A stretch of DNA of 64,000 bases from Lingula anatina. Lineage: Eukaryota; Animalia; Brachiopoda. Each line of letters begins with the position of its first letter. The first letter of the stretch is position 1. The stretch lies in NCBI GenBank assembly GCA_051362555.1, contig CM120640.1, positions 41,022,788-41,086,787 on the forward strand, given 5' to 3'. The notes beneath the pieces were generated by a model that did no database searches, was not told where the DNA came from, and saw nothing but the letters and a program-made list of their open reading frames with translations. Shown here one piece after another: positions 1-23,574 of the stretch. The position numbers were made by a program, and so were the translations under genes.

Positions 1-3000
1 GCTGAGTAGATTTTATCAAAATGAGTTCAAATAACTGTCCCTGTGTCTCTGCGACAGAGGAAATATTGACTACCAGTACAGTGTTATCCAAAATAATGGT
101 CCCCATACATCTTCAAAGCAATCCTTACAATCACAGTGCCCTGAACATTGATAATCAATTAACTTCCATAATCCAAGAATCAACTTGATCACTTTAAGGC
201 CCTACAAGTGAATAGTTAATATTTTGAGCATTTTCACGGGAAAGCTGGTACTTGTTTTTGTCCCATTCATGGCTTGATCACATAAGCCTTGTATTCTTCT
301 TCCTCCAGTGCAATCAAGCTATCACTTCATTACTTGCCAGTAAATTAGATGACAACAAAACCTATCCAACCATCAGCCTGCCAAAGGGAAGATAATTAAT
401 CTCTGATTCAAATGCATGTAATTGATTCTAGTGATCTCCAGGAAAATGGGCAGGAAGAATCTAGTCGCAAAACAATACCAATGTGATTGATCTTTTCCTG
501 AATAAGTTCTCTTTTGATACTTTTAATGAAATATTACTAAATAATGAGGTCTTTTAATGAAAGCAAAAATATCTCAATAAAAAAGTTACAAGAAAAATTA
601 TCTTAACAACAACAGCAATTGATAAAAAGGTTATATGCTTGATGTCTGAATACGTGCAGCCTGTTTACCAAATGTGTTAATGTTGCTGATTAAAAAAAAT
701 GTCTTCATAATGAACTTTTTTAGCATTATGATTTTTACTTCCAAGAAAAAGAATTATGACAATACAGTAATCCAATACTTTTTGGTAAAGGCAGTAATTT
801 ATCATTTCATATCATTTGTAAGAAGCAAAGATGAAGTAAATGTGTTATCATACTTAACAATATTTGCTTGCTGCAAGATTATACTAATGGAATAGTTCAG
901 ACAAAGTGTCAGTTTCTTTGAAAGACCATGTACCTTATTTTAAGTGGTGGAAAGGGTATTAAAAAGGCCATGCAGCAAATAACTTTTCCTTGAAATATTA
1001 TTTCCTTGAAAAAATACTTTCACTTTCAATATCTTAAGTTGTGAAATGAAATCATTTAATGTACCATTTGGCATATAACTTTATTATTAAAGCAAATGAG
1101 CATGCAAAAATTTGAAGCATTTAATTAAAAAAATTGATTTGTTTTCAATTTGAAAACAAAAACAATTATTGTGTTGCATTGCAGCAGTGGAACAGTAGCT
1201 CTATCAGACTCCCACACTGACTCTCCATCAGGCTTGCTACCTCATATTTTGATTACTGTTGATCATGATCAGCTTTGGGAATTCCACAGGTCAGAGAGTC
1301 TTGCACAAATCTGAGCAAAACATGAAGTCTGGGATAAGTGATAACTCCCTCCATCTGCTGTGACACTGCCACCTCCCTCAGGTGTTGTTACCCATCCTCT
1401 GAGCTCATTAGAAATTAAAATGCCTCATCTTTGATCGCATTGGATTGTTCCAACGCAACTTGAGAAGTTCACTGATCTGCCTTGATCACATGTCACACTT
1501 AGTATGACACAGGGCACTTCCCTGTGGTAGTCGCGATTCACAGAGGACACATAATTCCTATCCAAATGACAGTAAACTTGGTTAAAAGCCCCCTTGTGTG
1601 TTTAGCTTCATTGAATTGTTGCCTCTCAATTGTCTAAGCAAAAAGCAGTGTCTGGTTTTCTGCAATGTTAAACACTTGTAGTGCATATTTCTTTGCATGC
1701 GACAAATAGTTCTCATGAAAAAAATAATGGGGGGATCACAGTAGGAGTTTGAATAAATTTTTTTTTAGCAGTTTTGTCCTCACATATTTTTTTTATTGAA
1801 CACAAAAGTTAATGATCAGATTCCTTGAAAGGAAAAGGATTTGTTGGCCAAAACTGAGAGGGGTGTCATTTTATATCTCAAGGGAATAACGTGCACATCT
1901 ATGTTTGAATATTACCTGTTTGGACAACCTGCAGGGCCAAATGATAAGACTATCTACTTTCACGTACCCTTTGCTTTCATGTACCCTATCTCAAAAGCAC
2001 AGAATGAAATATTGGAAACGGAATTGTTCTGTCTCTCAGTTGGGTCCTTGGAGAACAATTAGTCCACAGGCAATGCTGAAAGCTACTAACTTTTATCATT
2101 TGCAGCTATTTTCATAGACATTATTGTGTATGGTATAAATTATTGAATGCGCTATTGCGTGTAGCCATTTGAATGTAAGGATCAGAAGTAGGACATATAA
2201 TGTAAAGGAAATAATGTCATTCAAATTTCATTGCAATGTTATGCACTCATTGTTGGAAAGTGAGAAAGTTTCTCAACATGCAATCTGTCACTTTGTTAGA
2301 AGCTCTGTTGACCCCAACAGACAGAATACGCTGTGATCGCCACTGTTGCCTATTAAGTCTGAAATTAAAAACAACATTGCTCATGAATTTTTAAACAGAT
2401 ATGATATCATTAACAAAGAATTAGGTTGGTTGAGTGGTTTCTATTGTTCTTTGATCAGCTACTCATCTAAATGAATGCAAAACAACACAAGAGCGGATTA
2501 TTACCGAGAGAGCAGTGAATCAGCAAATAAGCTCACCAATCTACCGAAGTTTCCTCCCATGTTTTTATACGGGATCTGCATTATTAACAAGATTAATATA
2601 CAGAGGCATTCATTTATAACTTCTTTGTGGTGGTAAAGGGAATTGCCCTCTTCTAGTTATTGCTACACTTACGACTATTTGCCAGACAGCAATATATATT
2701 GTATAAAATATGAATTAATAATTGCTTAATGTATGATGATATTCAATCCTTCTTACAATGTATCATGTGCCAGTCTGGATAATACATTACTGAAAAATAT
2801 TGGGATCATTTGAGAGCAGGGCTGAAAATGGTAAAAAGTGCTGTAACAATTTAAGGAGAAATTTCTTGAAATAATTCTGTTCTAGATGTGATACTTTGAA
2901 ACTATGTTTCTAAAGAGAAACTTAGATGTTTGATCTTCATCTAACATATCTACAATGAGTTGATGCCTTGTCTTTTTGATATCTAAATCAAAAAGAAAGC

Positions 3001-5618
3001 ATGTGAAGAGGATAGCATATTCCTTCCCCCCATCTTGGCCCTCTTCTTTTGTTTCCCAGTAGTGTTGTTAAGCATGCTCCATGGTCTAACTTTTATTAGT
3101 CAGTCAATATACAGTTTTGTTGAGTTAATCGGGCTTTGTAATGAAGTCAGGAAAAGACAGAGGTCATTTGATGAAATTCCTCTGGGAAGAGGAATGTATT
3201 TAATCTCGCTATCTCACACTGCGATCTATAAAATTTTCTTTAAATCAAATAAAGTAAACAAATTCTGTTCTAAAGAGTAATTCGGAAACCCTATCAATTT
3301 TGATGTATTTGTGTAATCTACTGACGATCCCTCTATGAACAAGCAAAAATAAGTTGATTAAGTGCATCCCCTGGAGTAATCTATCATCATTTACTATAAT
3401 GAAAAAAGTATAATCCGTCAAGCCTTGAAATGTCTTGTCTTGGGGAAAGTTCTGAAAAGTGCTAAAGCTATTGTGGACTGTAGGTCAGATCGAAAAGGAA
3501 TCCTTTTATGTTTTTAATTTCATTTGTTTAGCATTACTTATGCCACAGACACTGGTAATAACTGTGTTAGCCTGTGCCAAAGCTTGGCCACGAACCCAAT
3601 CTCGGTATCCAATCTAACCAATCAGGTCTGACTCAGTAGTGACTTGATCTCTCCCACTTACAGGCAGTTTATGAAGAAGACTCTGTAAAGGAATGTATCA
3701 CTGTACAAATATGGCTCGTGCATCAAGATGTCCACTGGGGATGCAGTTTAGTCTATAAATAATCACCTTGGTGAAATTTTGATGAATTACTAGGAATATC
3801 TTAAAGAAGGGGCAATACCAGACTAAGGAAACATGCTAAGATTAACACTTTGGATAAAACTCATCATTATTTTCAATATTTGGGGTTCCTTAAATGATTA
3901 GTACCTACCAAAATTTCATTTTTTTCTCTTAAAAATTTCACTATGAATTTATTAATATTAAGTGCATCAAAAGTGTAGGCATGTGAGTTAAGGTATCAAA
4001 GTTCTTCTTTGAACATTTTTACCAATTTTAACATAGAAACAACAATGAAATGATTAAATAAGTTATTACTGAGAAAACTGTTTTCCTCCTTAAACTGCTT
4101 ATTCAAATAACTCATCATTTACATATCAATACAAAATTCCACAAAAACTCCTACCTAATCTCCCACACCTCATTTTTATTCACCATCATTACTCAAAGTG
4201 TTGAAGAAATGGGTGGTTGAAAAATTACAAATTGACAAGATGGCCTTTAAATGAAAGTATTTCAATATCATAACCCTTAACTAATCACATCCTCAGTATT
4301 TTGATGAGTCTTTAGTGACCTTTCCTGTACTCCTGAGAGGCAACCTGGCACAAGGTTTAAGTGAACTGGGAGTTCTGACAGACTTTATCAAACTATTAGC
4401 AGCTCACAAGGCAGACTGAGCCAATTGGTCCTTTGGGTCCTTTTACCTGTGCACATGACACAACCAACATGAGATTTCAATTCCTCCCGACTAAGCTCCG
4501 TCAAGGGACTTGGAAGTTGACATTCAAAGATAAAATGTGGTAACAATTTCCTACGGGTGTTTATGTGCGTGTATGCTGTGCAAATGAGGGTGCCATTAAA
4601 GGAGGTCATCACTAAGTTGATCTGGAAAATGGAAGATAAAGTGAAAAGAAAATGAGGACTGCTGGTTGAGTTTCCAAATGATACTGTGCCTGATGTTGCA
4701 TTGAAGATGATTTGCAATGTTGTTTGACCCCTGCTTTATGGTCTGCTAAGATAATTGCAGTTTTCAATAACTTAATGCTTCCAAACTCCCATTGCACTAA
4801 AGCTATCAATAATTAGTGCAGCACCCTTGAAATGCGTTATGCGATCAATGCCTACAGATGCATCATCTAGGCTTGGCGCTCTGACTCTTAATTTGTCGAT
4901 GTGGTCCCCAATGCTTGTGGATCATCGCACGGCTTAATGCATTAACTGCGGTAGGAGCCCTACACTTCTCCCTCTTAATGGCCAGAGTTCACAGCAGAGT
5001 GCCTGCTTTTATTTCATTATAAGATCACTTTAATAAGCTCCTTTTGTTCCTTAGGGATCAAATAATAACAACAAATTAGTCTTTAAGTTAAGCTTTACCA
5101 AATTATCTTTCTTACGATAGATCCAAAAATGGCAGTCTTACACCTCAAATAGCAAATAGACAATTTCTAAGATAGTAATATGAGGAAAGTGCCATGCTTT
5201 CTACAATTACCAAAAAACCTATCCACAGCTGTCTTGTGAAAAAAGTCATTTTAGTTTTTTTTGTTTTGAGCTGTCTGGAGTCAAATTTTTTTCTCTGACT
5301 TTGATTGACAATTCTCCTCTAATACGGAAAATACTAGGAAAGCATTCATAGCTAAACATCAAAAGATCTCTGTGCTCTTAATGAAATAGAATCACTGATG
5401 AAATATTGTGCAATTGTACCCATTTATGTCAAAAATGGCATTTTTGTTATCAATAACTGTCTCCTGGGGAATGAGACACATTCTCCAATGACATCCAATA
5501 GCCACACTACATGACATATTTCATATTGTGAATGCATGACCATGAATCTTAAAATAAAATTGCCATCAGTTACATTTTGGATTGGATTGTGCATTTTTTT
5601 ACATGGATGGAATTATAA

Positions 5619-14900
<9,282 letters not shown>

Positions 14901-17360
14901 AATCACAGGGGTAATTCTACACCCAAGCAGAAAAGCCAAAGACACAATTTCTACTAGTCCGTGGTGATTAGGTCAGAGTGAGCTGGACTTCATAAAATGA
15001 TAACCATGCAAAAAAAAATTATATTCAAAATATAAAATAAACTAAAGGTCACCAGACGGATATCAAATTTAAACATAAACAAGATACAATGTAAAAATAT
15101 TTTTATTTCATTAGCACCAATGCAGTATTTCTAAGAAAAAAATTGGTAGATATGATTTAATTTTTTCCAAAGATTGGACCAGAAACAAGAACTGACACTG
15201 CCATCAACTTCCCATAAAGGGATCTAGGCAGAATGTTTTGATCCATGAAACGAGATAACTGCATTAGACATGCAAACTTTATATAGCACAGACAGATTCA
15301 GTTCAGTTTTGCCAGAGGACAGCAGTTCAGGGACTTGTGGGACCTTTGTGCAATTGATGACTTTAACAGGTCATTACAAGCCATTACCTCAGCATAGATC
15401 TTATAAATCAACAGTTAAAAATACCCACACAGGACCAGTGTACTCATGTGCGCCAAGATACAATGAAGTATTTTGAACACCAGGCTAGCTGCCACAAGAA
15501 GCTAGCATTAAGGCTTGGTAATAAACATCATGTTCCATTTGTTAACAAGCCATTATTTTCTGTCTCAAAATTGTCATTTTATTCCAGTCTACATGTGACC
15601 AAAAATGTTCAAACCAACCATTTATGTATGGAGTTTCTATTCATATTCTATAGTTTTAATTTTCAAGTTTTATTATCTGTCTTAATTTAATATGTCTAAT
15701 ATCTTTGATGAGTACAGAATGGACCACAGAAAATGTAACATGTTTTGAACAGATGGCAGCCATGTAATGAGCTGCCGTGTAACAACAGCATAATACTTAA
15801 GCATTTTTTCCAATCATCCATAATTGAGAATCACAGATAGTGGTGATATTTGGAGACATAATTTTAAGAAAATAAGTACATTCTGCCATATTACTAAGTG
15901 CAAACAGTATTCAGGAACAGGGTAGTGTCTTCTTTAAGAGTATAAAAATGCATAATCTTATTTAAGGAAATGTATGAGATATATTGTAAAAGCTTCAGTA
16001 GAATACTGTTAAATTCTTGAGTATTTTTTTTCCAAGTTTTATGCATTTCACACAAAAACATGCATGTATTTAAAGGTGACATACAAAAAATGTCACTTTT
16101 CCAACTTCTTGCCAAGTTTTTTTTTATGTGATCTCTGGATGTATTTTCTTTTTAGTAAATAAATATCAGTCACTTCATTATGAAAAAAATATACACTATT
16201 TCAAAAAGGTGTAGAACAGGTAAATTAATCCAAGTTGTTCTCTAGCATCTGTACTTAAAATTTAGTAAGAGTAAAGCTTAACCATGGCACATATTACAGG
16301 TTAGATTTAAGGAGTCAAATTATTTTTATATTTGCAAATTTTATTTATATCTGTATATATACTGTATGTATATGTATTTGTTCCATTAACTACCGAATAA
16401 CTTTTTTTTTTCATAAAGCACACATCAATTTTGGTGCTCAATGTTTTTAAACTTTACAGTTTATTATGTATGTGGCATAGATTTTTGTGCAAAAGACAAT
16501 CTCAAAAAATGCACTTTTGAAAAGTATTCCTTATCAAAGTCAGTCTCATCTGGTGTAACTTTAAGTGCAATCATTGTTCTAAATATTCATTTAGTATTAT
16601 CTGTTATGTTACAGGTATGAAAATAGATGTCAATCTATTCTTTCACTAGCCTTAAGCTTGACCATTCCATGCCAAATTAGAACAAAGCACTATTCATCAG
16701 TATAGTTATAGTAAAATTAAATAATTTGTGACCAAGGAAAATTAAGTAAACAAAACTCTATAAATTATTTTGCGTAAATAAAAATAATATATAGAAAACA
16801 GGACATGAGGATGAGAAGACATTTCCCTTCCATTTGCCAATTTTCCATTTCTCTAAAGTGCTTTCATCAGTGATTGACGATTTATAGACAGATTAAAAAG
16901 AGCACTTTTCAATATCAAAAGTAAAAGATGATATTTCTTAATTCAAAGATCTTCAATGAAAATGTACTTCTCTCAGCTTATGCTCAAAAATGTTGCTCAA
17001 GAGTGAAAACTGATACTGTCATTTACATTAAAAAAACAATGTTTGATGAATAAGGTCAAGTATATTTGGAAATTACTTAACTGCACTTATCTTTTTCTTG
17101 TTATTTCATTTTTATTAACATCAGAATATTACTAAGTACTTATGATCTCCAAGTGTACAAAAAGCATATGAAGTATTCTACATGTGCAACTTGCAGTCTT
17201 TTTCTGTAGTTTATCTTAGTATGTTTCAAGTGTTGTTTAGAGTAATATGTAGTGCTTGGTGTTTTCAAGAAGACAGAATAATGTCCATTTTAATATAAAA
17301 ATATACATAAACTTTATTTGTAGTTCTTTTTAATAAATTTCAATCTTCAATGAAATAAAA
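14901..17360 (+). other. Probable long COE 3' UTR
   Basis: AT-rich non-coding stretch after TGA 14900; AATAAA at 17332 and 17354. The end point is inferred. Confidence 0.45.
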
Positions 17361-17904
17361 TGAATGGAAATTTCAAAACTGGATTTACTGTTCTTTCACT
17401 TTACAGGAAAACAGAGCAAAATATATTTAGCTAATGAATAGATAGAGATATTTATTTAAATGTGTAAACATATACAGCTGAAGGCTTTTTACTGAAGGTA
17501 AGAATATTATAACATTACTGAGATGGGAGGAAGCTACAACCTCCTTTATGTCCTATACCGTAATCAGTGACATACAATTTGCGTGCTAAATAACATTTTC
17601 TAAATCTTCAACACAATGACAACAATCTCAAATTAGAACCAGGGTATATACCCAGCAGTGGTATCAATAAAATGTGAACTTGCTGTTTGAAAACAGCTAA
17701 CTAACGTGATCATTAATGCCCAAGTCATATGCTCTTTTTTTCTTACACAAATATATCAGTCTCCCATTTCAAATTTGCACGCATCTAGCACTACACTGTT
17801 TACACAAGTACATGAAAAGATATATAAACAAAGTACTATAAGAAACAGCATCATAAATTATATAAGGCCTTTAGTATTAGTAAAAATGTGACAGCTATTA
17901 CATT

Positions 17905-17928
17905 TGTGTGTGTGTGTGTGTGTGTGTG
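17905..17928. repeat. (TG)n microsatellite
   Basis: Uninterrupted tgtgtg run near the left edge of the transposon-fragment block. Confidence 0.9.
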
Positions 17929-18327
17929 AGTACACACGTGTGTGCATGCATGCATATTGATACTGTTCAGTAGGACAAATTTCCTTCACTGATATCTGCT
18001 ACATGATACAAACACAGCTCCTTGTACAACAAGGTATATTGTGTTAGCTGAACTCAGTGCTCATCCAAGGAGCAGCCAATAACATTCTCCCTGACATTGT
18101 CAATATACCTGGGATTTGAGTAAAAGCATCCAATGCTTCATGAGTTTTAAGGAATAATACCAGGTTTGAAATGTGTTTAAATACAACACATTGTTTAGCC
18201 ACTTGGAGCCATCTTACCTATCAATTTTCAGTATTCAGATTATGAGCTCTTCTATGAAAGGCTGTCGACTTTAAAAGAATTGAAAGTTTTTCTGCTTCAT
18301 GATCTAACACCGGAAGGTTGCTAGCCA

Positions 18328-18530
18328 GTGATGATTGAAACCACTACAACTCAGGCAGATTGTGCAGGATGGTTTCAAGAGAGGTGTCTGCTAATAACAG
18401 CATCAGTGGCACATGAAGCAGTAAAGATATGGAAGGCCATCAATGAGCAGGGAGTCACTGGCGGTATACACATGAGAGTGCCAAAATTACTCTGGAAACA
18501 TATTTGGGGTTTAGATGCTGTCACCACATG
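18328..18530 (+). pseudogene. YqaJ/lambda-exonuclease-like fragment (DNA transposon accessory ORF)
   Basis: IETTTTQADCAGWFQERCLLITASVAHE matches the T..Q..s..Wf.eR..rITAS start of eukaryotic YqaJ domains. Confidence 0.65.
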
Positions 18531-19247
18531 TTCCTATTGTCCTCTCGGGACATTCGGGATAAAGCGAGATTACGAGGCCTTCTAGAGTCATTACGTGGTT
18601 AACCTTCAAAGGAGTCGGCCGTAAAACACAGCTACCTACAGGCAGTTTATTGCTACGATACAAGTGGGTTATTATAGTCTACAAGAATTTCAGAGAATTA
18701 CAGGGTATACTGTAAACACCAGTGCCTGTATTGTTTGAAAAACAATACTTTGACGGTTTCCTGTGATTTTTTTTAGGCACGTGATATCACGAAGAGATAT
18801 TACATTAAGGTGAAATACCCTTTAATCACATGTGCCTCTACTGTTTGTGAAACAATACGCTGACATTTTAAACGTAAGGCACGTAATATCACGTGGTGAT
18901 ATTACTTTAATTTGAAACACCTATAACAAATTACGAAGACTTGTAAGCCAAACTGTATTGAAACAAGTTGAAACAAGAATGGCTGAGTTTGTGCAAGAAA
19001 ACGTCGGTCTCACAGAGAGCATTCTGGAGAAAATGGAACGGGTTTTCGAAACGCAGATTCTCTCGTAGAAGAGAGGATAGAGGCTGGTCCACATGGCGAG
19101 ACGAGTGGTAAACGCACCCAAACCAGCAACAACCCGTATCAGCCAAAAAGTAAAAAGAAAAAAGCTGAAAACTCGTATTCCGCGGAGACGGATTTTTACG
19201 AGATAGCAGACTATCAAAAAACAGAGATTGATGCAAAATTAGATCGT

Positions 19248-19600
19248 ATGGAAAATATGATCAACAACATGGGGAAAGTTGTTCAATCCCTGTCTGATAA
19301 ATTTCACCATAGGGAAAACGTCCTCGTAGAAGGCGATTCACGGGAAAGCGACACAGACAGCGATTCGAGTAGTGACCTGGTATCTGGGGAATGCAGCCGC
19401 GCCCTAGAACTAAAGAAGACCTCGGATACCGTTACTGAGGACGTTACGCAAGCCGATAAGCTGCTGAATCGTCTTGAAGGTGATATTGGCTGCAGAGCCC
19501 ACTGGACAGCCAATCATCCATACCAAACTCATGAAAAATCTGGATAAGATCTTATCAGGCGGTCTTTCTTTTGACATTGCAGAAGAGAAAAGCATACAAT
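19248..19600 (+). pseudogene. DIRS-like retrotransposon gag/ORF1 fragment, frameshifted
   Basis: Acidic Ser-rich stretch then DKLLNRLEGDI/(shift)AAEPTGQPIIHTKLMKNLDKILSGGL, resembling DIRS gag. Confidence 0.5.
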
Positions 19601-19604
19601 TCAA

Positions 19605-19720
19605 GAATGTGCAACATGACTCTTCAATGGAAAAACAGATATGGGAAGTCTATGCCAATATTAGCAATGTAAAGGTCAATAAATCTGGCCTTTGGGTTGA
19701 CCAAGCAGTGCCAGAGCTTG
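19605..19720 (+). pseudogene. Second YqaJ-like fragment
   Basis: HDSSMEKQIWEVYANISNVKVNKSGLWVDQAVPEL resembles the YqaJ hG..mE..A...Y......V..sGL.v....p.L segment. Confidence 0.55.
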
Positions 19721-19799
19721 CCCTCAACTACAGTACAAAGAGTGGGCGTGAAGGCTGTGAGAAAGGGGACTTCTGATTTGCAAGGAATCGTTAAATCTC

Positions 19800-19936
19800 A
19801 TAGAGTGAGGAAAAGTTTTCAGCAGTGCTTTCATTGCAACAGTACCAGACACGATGCCGACATGTACTATTACAAAGATGAACAATGTTACAAATGTAGC
19901 AAAATTGGTCACTGTCAGAGAGCATGTTTGCGTTAA
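19800..19936 (+). pseudogene. Gypsy LTR gag double zinc-knuckle fragment
   Basis: CFHCNSTRHDADMYYYKDEQCYKCSKIGHCQRAC: tandem knuckles, the second a perfect CX2CX4HX4C. Confidence 0.8.
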
Positions 19937-20264
19937 CAAGGTCAGGGAGTTCACCAGTTAGATACAACACTTGCTGAAGTGGGCATGTAGATCAATGGTG
20001 GAAAGATTTGTACTCTAATGCAAAGAAGGACCTCTCCAACAAAAAGCGACCCAAGACAGGAAGAGGAAAAGAGTCAGTGGAAGGTCCTAACACGGATATA
20101 GTTCTAGACATAGTTGGTGAAAATGCTCCTTCATAGACAGGAATAATTGTAGGAGGAAAAAGTTGTGTAATTGTGCCCGAGACATCTCGCTTGTTTTATA
20201 CAGAAATTATTGTAAAAACTATAATTTCTTTTTTAAAGCAATATATTGTTATATGGTAGTCATT

Positions 20265-20625
20265 TCTATCAGCTACATCTCTTTGATAAGATTATTGTTC
20301 CGATTTTATTGTATGGATGCGAAGTATGGGGATTTGGAAATTTAGAAATCATAGAAAAGGTACACTTGAAATTTTGTAGATATTTATTGAATTTAAAAAC
20401 CAGCACGCCCAAGATAATGATATATGGTGACTTAGGTAGAATGCCATCAAGTATCGCTATAAAAGGAAGAATTGTATCATTCTGGACAAATTTGATCACA
20501 GGTAAACAAAGAAAATACTTATATATATTATATAATTTAAAACTCATTTATAACAAATTTATGCAGGGACGTGAATGTAAGTGGATGGACAATCTGAAAT
20601 CCATTCTGGATAACTGTGGTTTGGA
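20265..20625 (+). pseudogene. Non-LTR (LINE) ORF2 fragment, region C-terminal to RT
   Basis: LFDKIIVPILLYGCEVWG..IEKVHLKFCRYLLNLKTSTPKIMIYGDLGRMP..RIVSFW, the typical post-RT segment of LINE ORF2. Confidence 0.88.
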
Positions 20626-21854
20626 TACGTTTGGATAACTGTGGTTTAAGTAATATATTTAGCACACAGATGTCTGTAACAAGAAATTAGGAAAGACTTG
20701 GTTGTAGAAGTATTAATGCAGCATACTTTTAATGTTTTGACATCAGAGCCTAGAAATATAGCTTCAAAAGCAATGAAAATCAAGGTACATTTCAGTTTCA
20801 GATATGACACTACTAATGTGATGCTGGACTCCTCAGAAATCACTACAGCCAATAACACTGAGCCAGTGCCCCCTGAAAGGATCAAATCTGCTACAAAGTC
20901 TTATTTGAAAGTTTAATTTTCCATTGGGGACATAGTAGCAATTGGACTTGAAACCGAGTCATTTGACGCTGCAACAGTCTTAGAGGTGCAAAACGATGAA
21001 GTGAGTGTCAAATATCTTAAGAAAAGAGGTCAAGTCCTGACAGAATGGTTGATTGAGGGAATGGACTATTTAGGCAAATGTCACATCAACTCAGTTGTAT
21101 CTTGTTTTCAAAATAAAAATTACATTTCTAAAGAGTTTGCATTTGAAAAAGGACTTTCAGAGACAGAAAAGAGACCTTGACACACGTATTTCACAAAATA
21201 ACTGCAAGGTTAGTGACTAAGTGTATTTAATAGATAGCACTCCTTTCAGTGAGAATGCAGTTTTACTGTGTTTTATGAAAAACATTTTGTTGTGCCCTGA
21301 CATCATTTCTCCTAGCTTACAATATATATATATATAAAAAATCAAAAAGTCATTATTTTTGTATTCATATCAATAAAACCTTTTTCAAATCTTTTAAAAA
21401 TAACTATTTTCTTTAAATTTTTTGGAAATTTTTGTAGACCTTTTACTGTGATATTGTGTCAAACAGAAAAAAGAGGGCATAGTGAAAACCAACTTCCAAT
21501 TATGACACTGCACACATGATAGATGTATATATTCTTAAATTTCATAACTGGGCAGCCTGGAGCATATGCCAACTATGCTGACCTTCAGGAGGAAGGAGAA
21601 GAATTAGAAGATGTGTGGTTCTGAACCACATGTCCCATGGCCATGTCTGAACAGTCTGAAACCATTGTTGAAGCAACGCCTCTTGTGATTACATGGCAAG
21701 GTGGGGCATACATAAAGTGTGTCTAAAGTCATTCCATGAAAGGGTAGAGGACTTGGGGTCATTATTTATATTTACAACTTTTATTTTAATGTTTTGCAAT
21801 GTCCTACTGGTGTTTTGGCAATTTTCAGGCTGTTGATGGAGGCACTGAGCCAGC

Positions 21855-22035
21855 AGGATATTTTTGAAGGACCAAATAATGCATTGGTTTTCAGACATAA
21901 CACATTGGAAAGTCGCATCAGGGGGCTTTCTTCAAAAGTGGACAACTAGTGGGCTGGAGCCTACTGCATGGTGGGCCTGGTTTCCCCAGACTCCACCCTC
22001 TGCTATTCAAGTGTGTCACCACAAACAACAGGTTA
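21855..22035 (+). pseudogene. HECT E3 ligase (G2E3-like) fragment, N-lobe
   Basis: DIFEGPNNALVFRHN.. then, after a frameshift, WSLLHGGPGFPRLHPLLF. Confidence 0.65.
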
Positions 22036-22504
22036 ACTACGTGTAGCCCCAACAAGCTGGAGACGTATTTCTTTGCTTTCTCCTGAGGAAAAGACAAATT
22101 AATGCAGGTAATATCTGCGTGTAAAATAAAATTTAAACAAATAAAATGGGTCTCTCAGGTTTTCCCATTTTTTTAGTGTTAAATGTATCGACACATATGT
22201 CACAGGTGATATTCAGATTTTTTGGGATAGACATCCCCCGCCCTCCCCAAAGGGAAATCCCACTTGGCATCTGCCCAAAGGGAATTGCTGGTCCTTCAAG
22301 GACACTGTTGATCCTGAACTTGGGCTGTTAAGCAAGATCAGTAAATGGATGATTCTTTCATTTACTGATATTCTACTTCATCACTGTCAAGTTCATTACA
22401 GAACCACATGAGATAGCGCAGGCGTATCGGACTTCAGTGCGCAACCAACTGGACTTCCAGACGGACGCATAACAATTCTTCCTACGCGGTTTTTTCATTT
22501 TTTG

Positions 22505-22810
22505 ATGGAAACCTTCAATATTTCTTCTCAAGAAGAAGACGCCCTACTGGGGTCAGGGGTGGGTATTACCCCCTCTGAATCGAGAAACATTTTCTCAGCG
22601 ATTGATGGCCTTAAGGGCACTATGGAGGCTGTTGCCTCCAATATACAGAAAATGGGCGAGGTTTGGGCGACAATGGCAGCCGAAAAGAAACCCGCCAAAC
22701 GCTTTGCGACGGTCTTTGAAGAAGGAGAGGAAGGAGATGACTCCTCCTGCTCCGATATTGACAGTCCTATGGACCATCAGGACGAAGACGACGTTGCGAG
22801 CCTCAAATGA
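22505..22810 (+). pseudogene. DIRS-like gag N-terminal fragment
   Basis: METFNISSQEEDALL..coiled segment..acidic tract; same style as 19248 but not a copy of it. Confidence 0.4.
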
Positions 22811-23151
22811 TTGGCAGAAAAAATGGATGGCAATTTCCAAAGGTTATCAAAGTCCTAATATTGGGATATTAGGTTAACAGCACAAACATAGGAATCCTTG
22901 AATTAGAATCTTTTCTCCTTTGACATATATTTATTGATTGATTTTTAAAACTTTTTAATTCTACTTATGTCTTTACCTTATGTTGTTTGAAATCATAAAA
23001 ACAACTTTCAAATAACCATAGATTTCCTTTTATGACATAATAGCAATATATGTTTATGTCCTACCACATTCAATTTTCAGCATTTTGTATTTACTTTAAA
23101 GTGCTGCATGTACGTAAATTTAATTTTTCCCTAAATATTTACCAATTACAG

Positions 23152-23297
23152 ATACACTGCAGTGCTGATAGAACGGAATTCGATAGAACTGTACAACAAC
23201 ATTTAGATTGGTTGTGTGACCAAGGCATATTTAAGTTCCCTTATGAAGAAAAAGAAATGATGATATTCCAGCTTTTGCTGAATATCATATATTACAA
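23152..23297 (+). pseudogene. Isolated exon, probable HECT mid-region fragment
   Basis: AG/GTAAGA-bounded open exon IHCSADRTEFDRTVQQHLDWLCDQGIFKFPYEEKEMMIFQLLLNIIYY. Confidence 0.4.
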
Positions 23298-23574
23298 GTA
23301 AGATTATATACGTGAACCAACACTTTAAGCAACCAATTCATTTCCTATTGCATATGTCCTATAATGATATCACTTAACAGGGAGACATGTTTGAACAAGT
23401 TTCTTTTTGGCATAGTGCGTCTTTGTCAAATGTGATACATGACACGTACATTTTTCAGGGGAAATGAAGTAAACACAACCAAAATATTAAAGATATTTAG
23501 CAGCAACTTTTTGGAGGAGCGTAGTATTGACACAGTAACAACGGGTCTGGAGGAACCTCCAACTAGGAATAACA

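Noticed and set aside
674-5600. Short ORFs in the first 5.6 kb
   Set aside because: No recognisable domains or exon structure; the region is COE intron.
18710-18921. Two ~110-bp diverged direct repeats containing the palindrome cgtgatatcacg
   Set aside because: Only two degenerate copies; probably the subterminal repeat of a decayed element, no function assignable.
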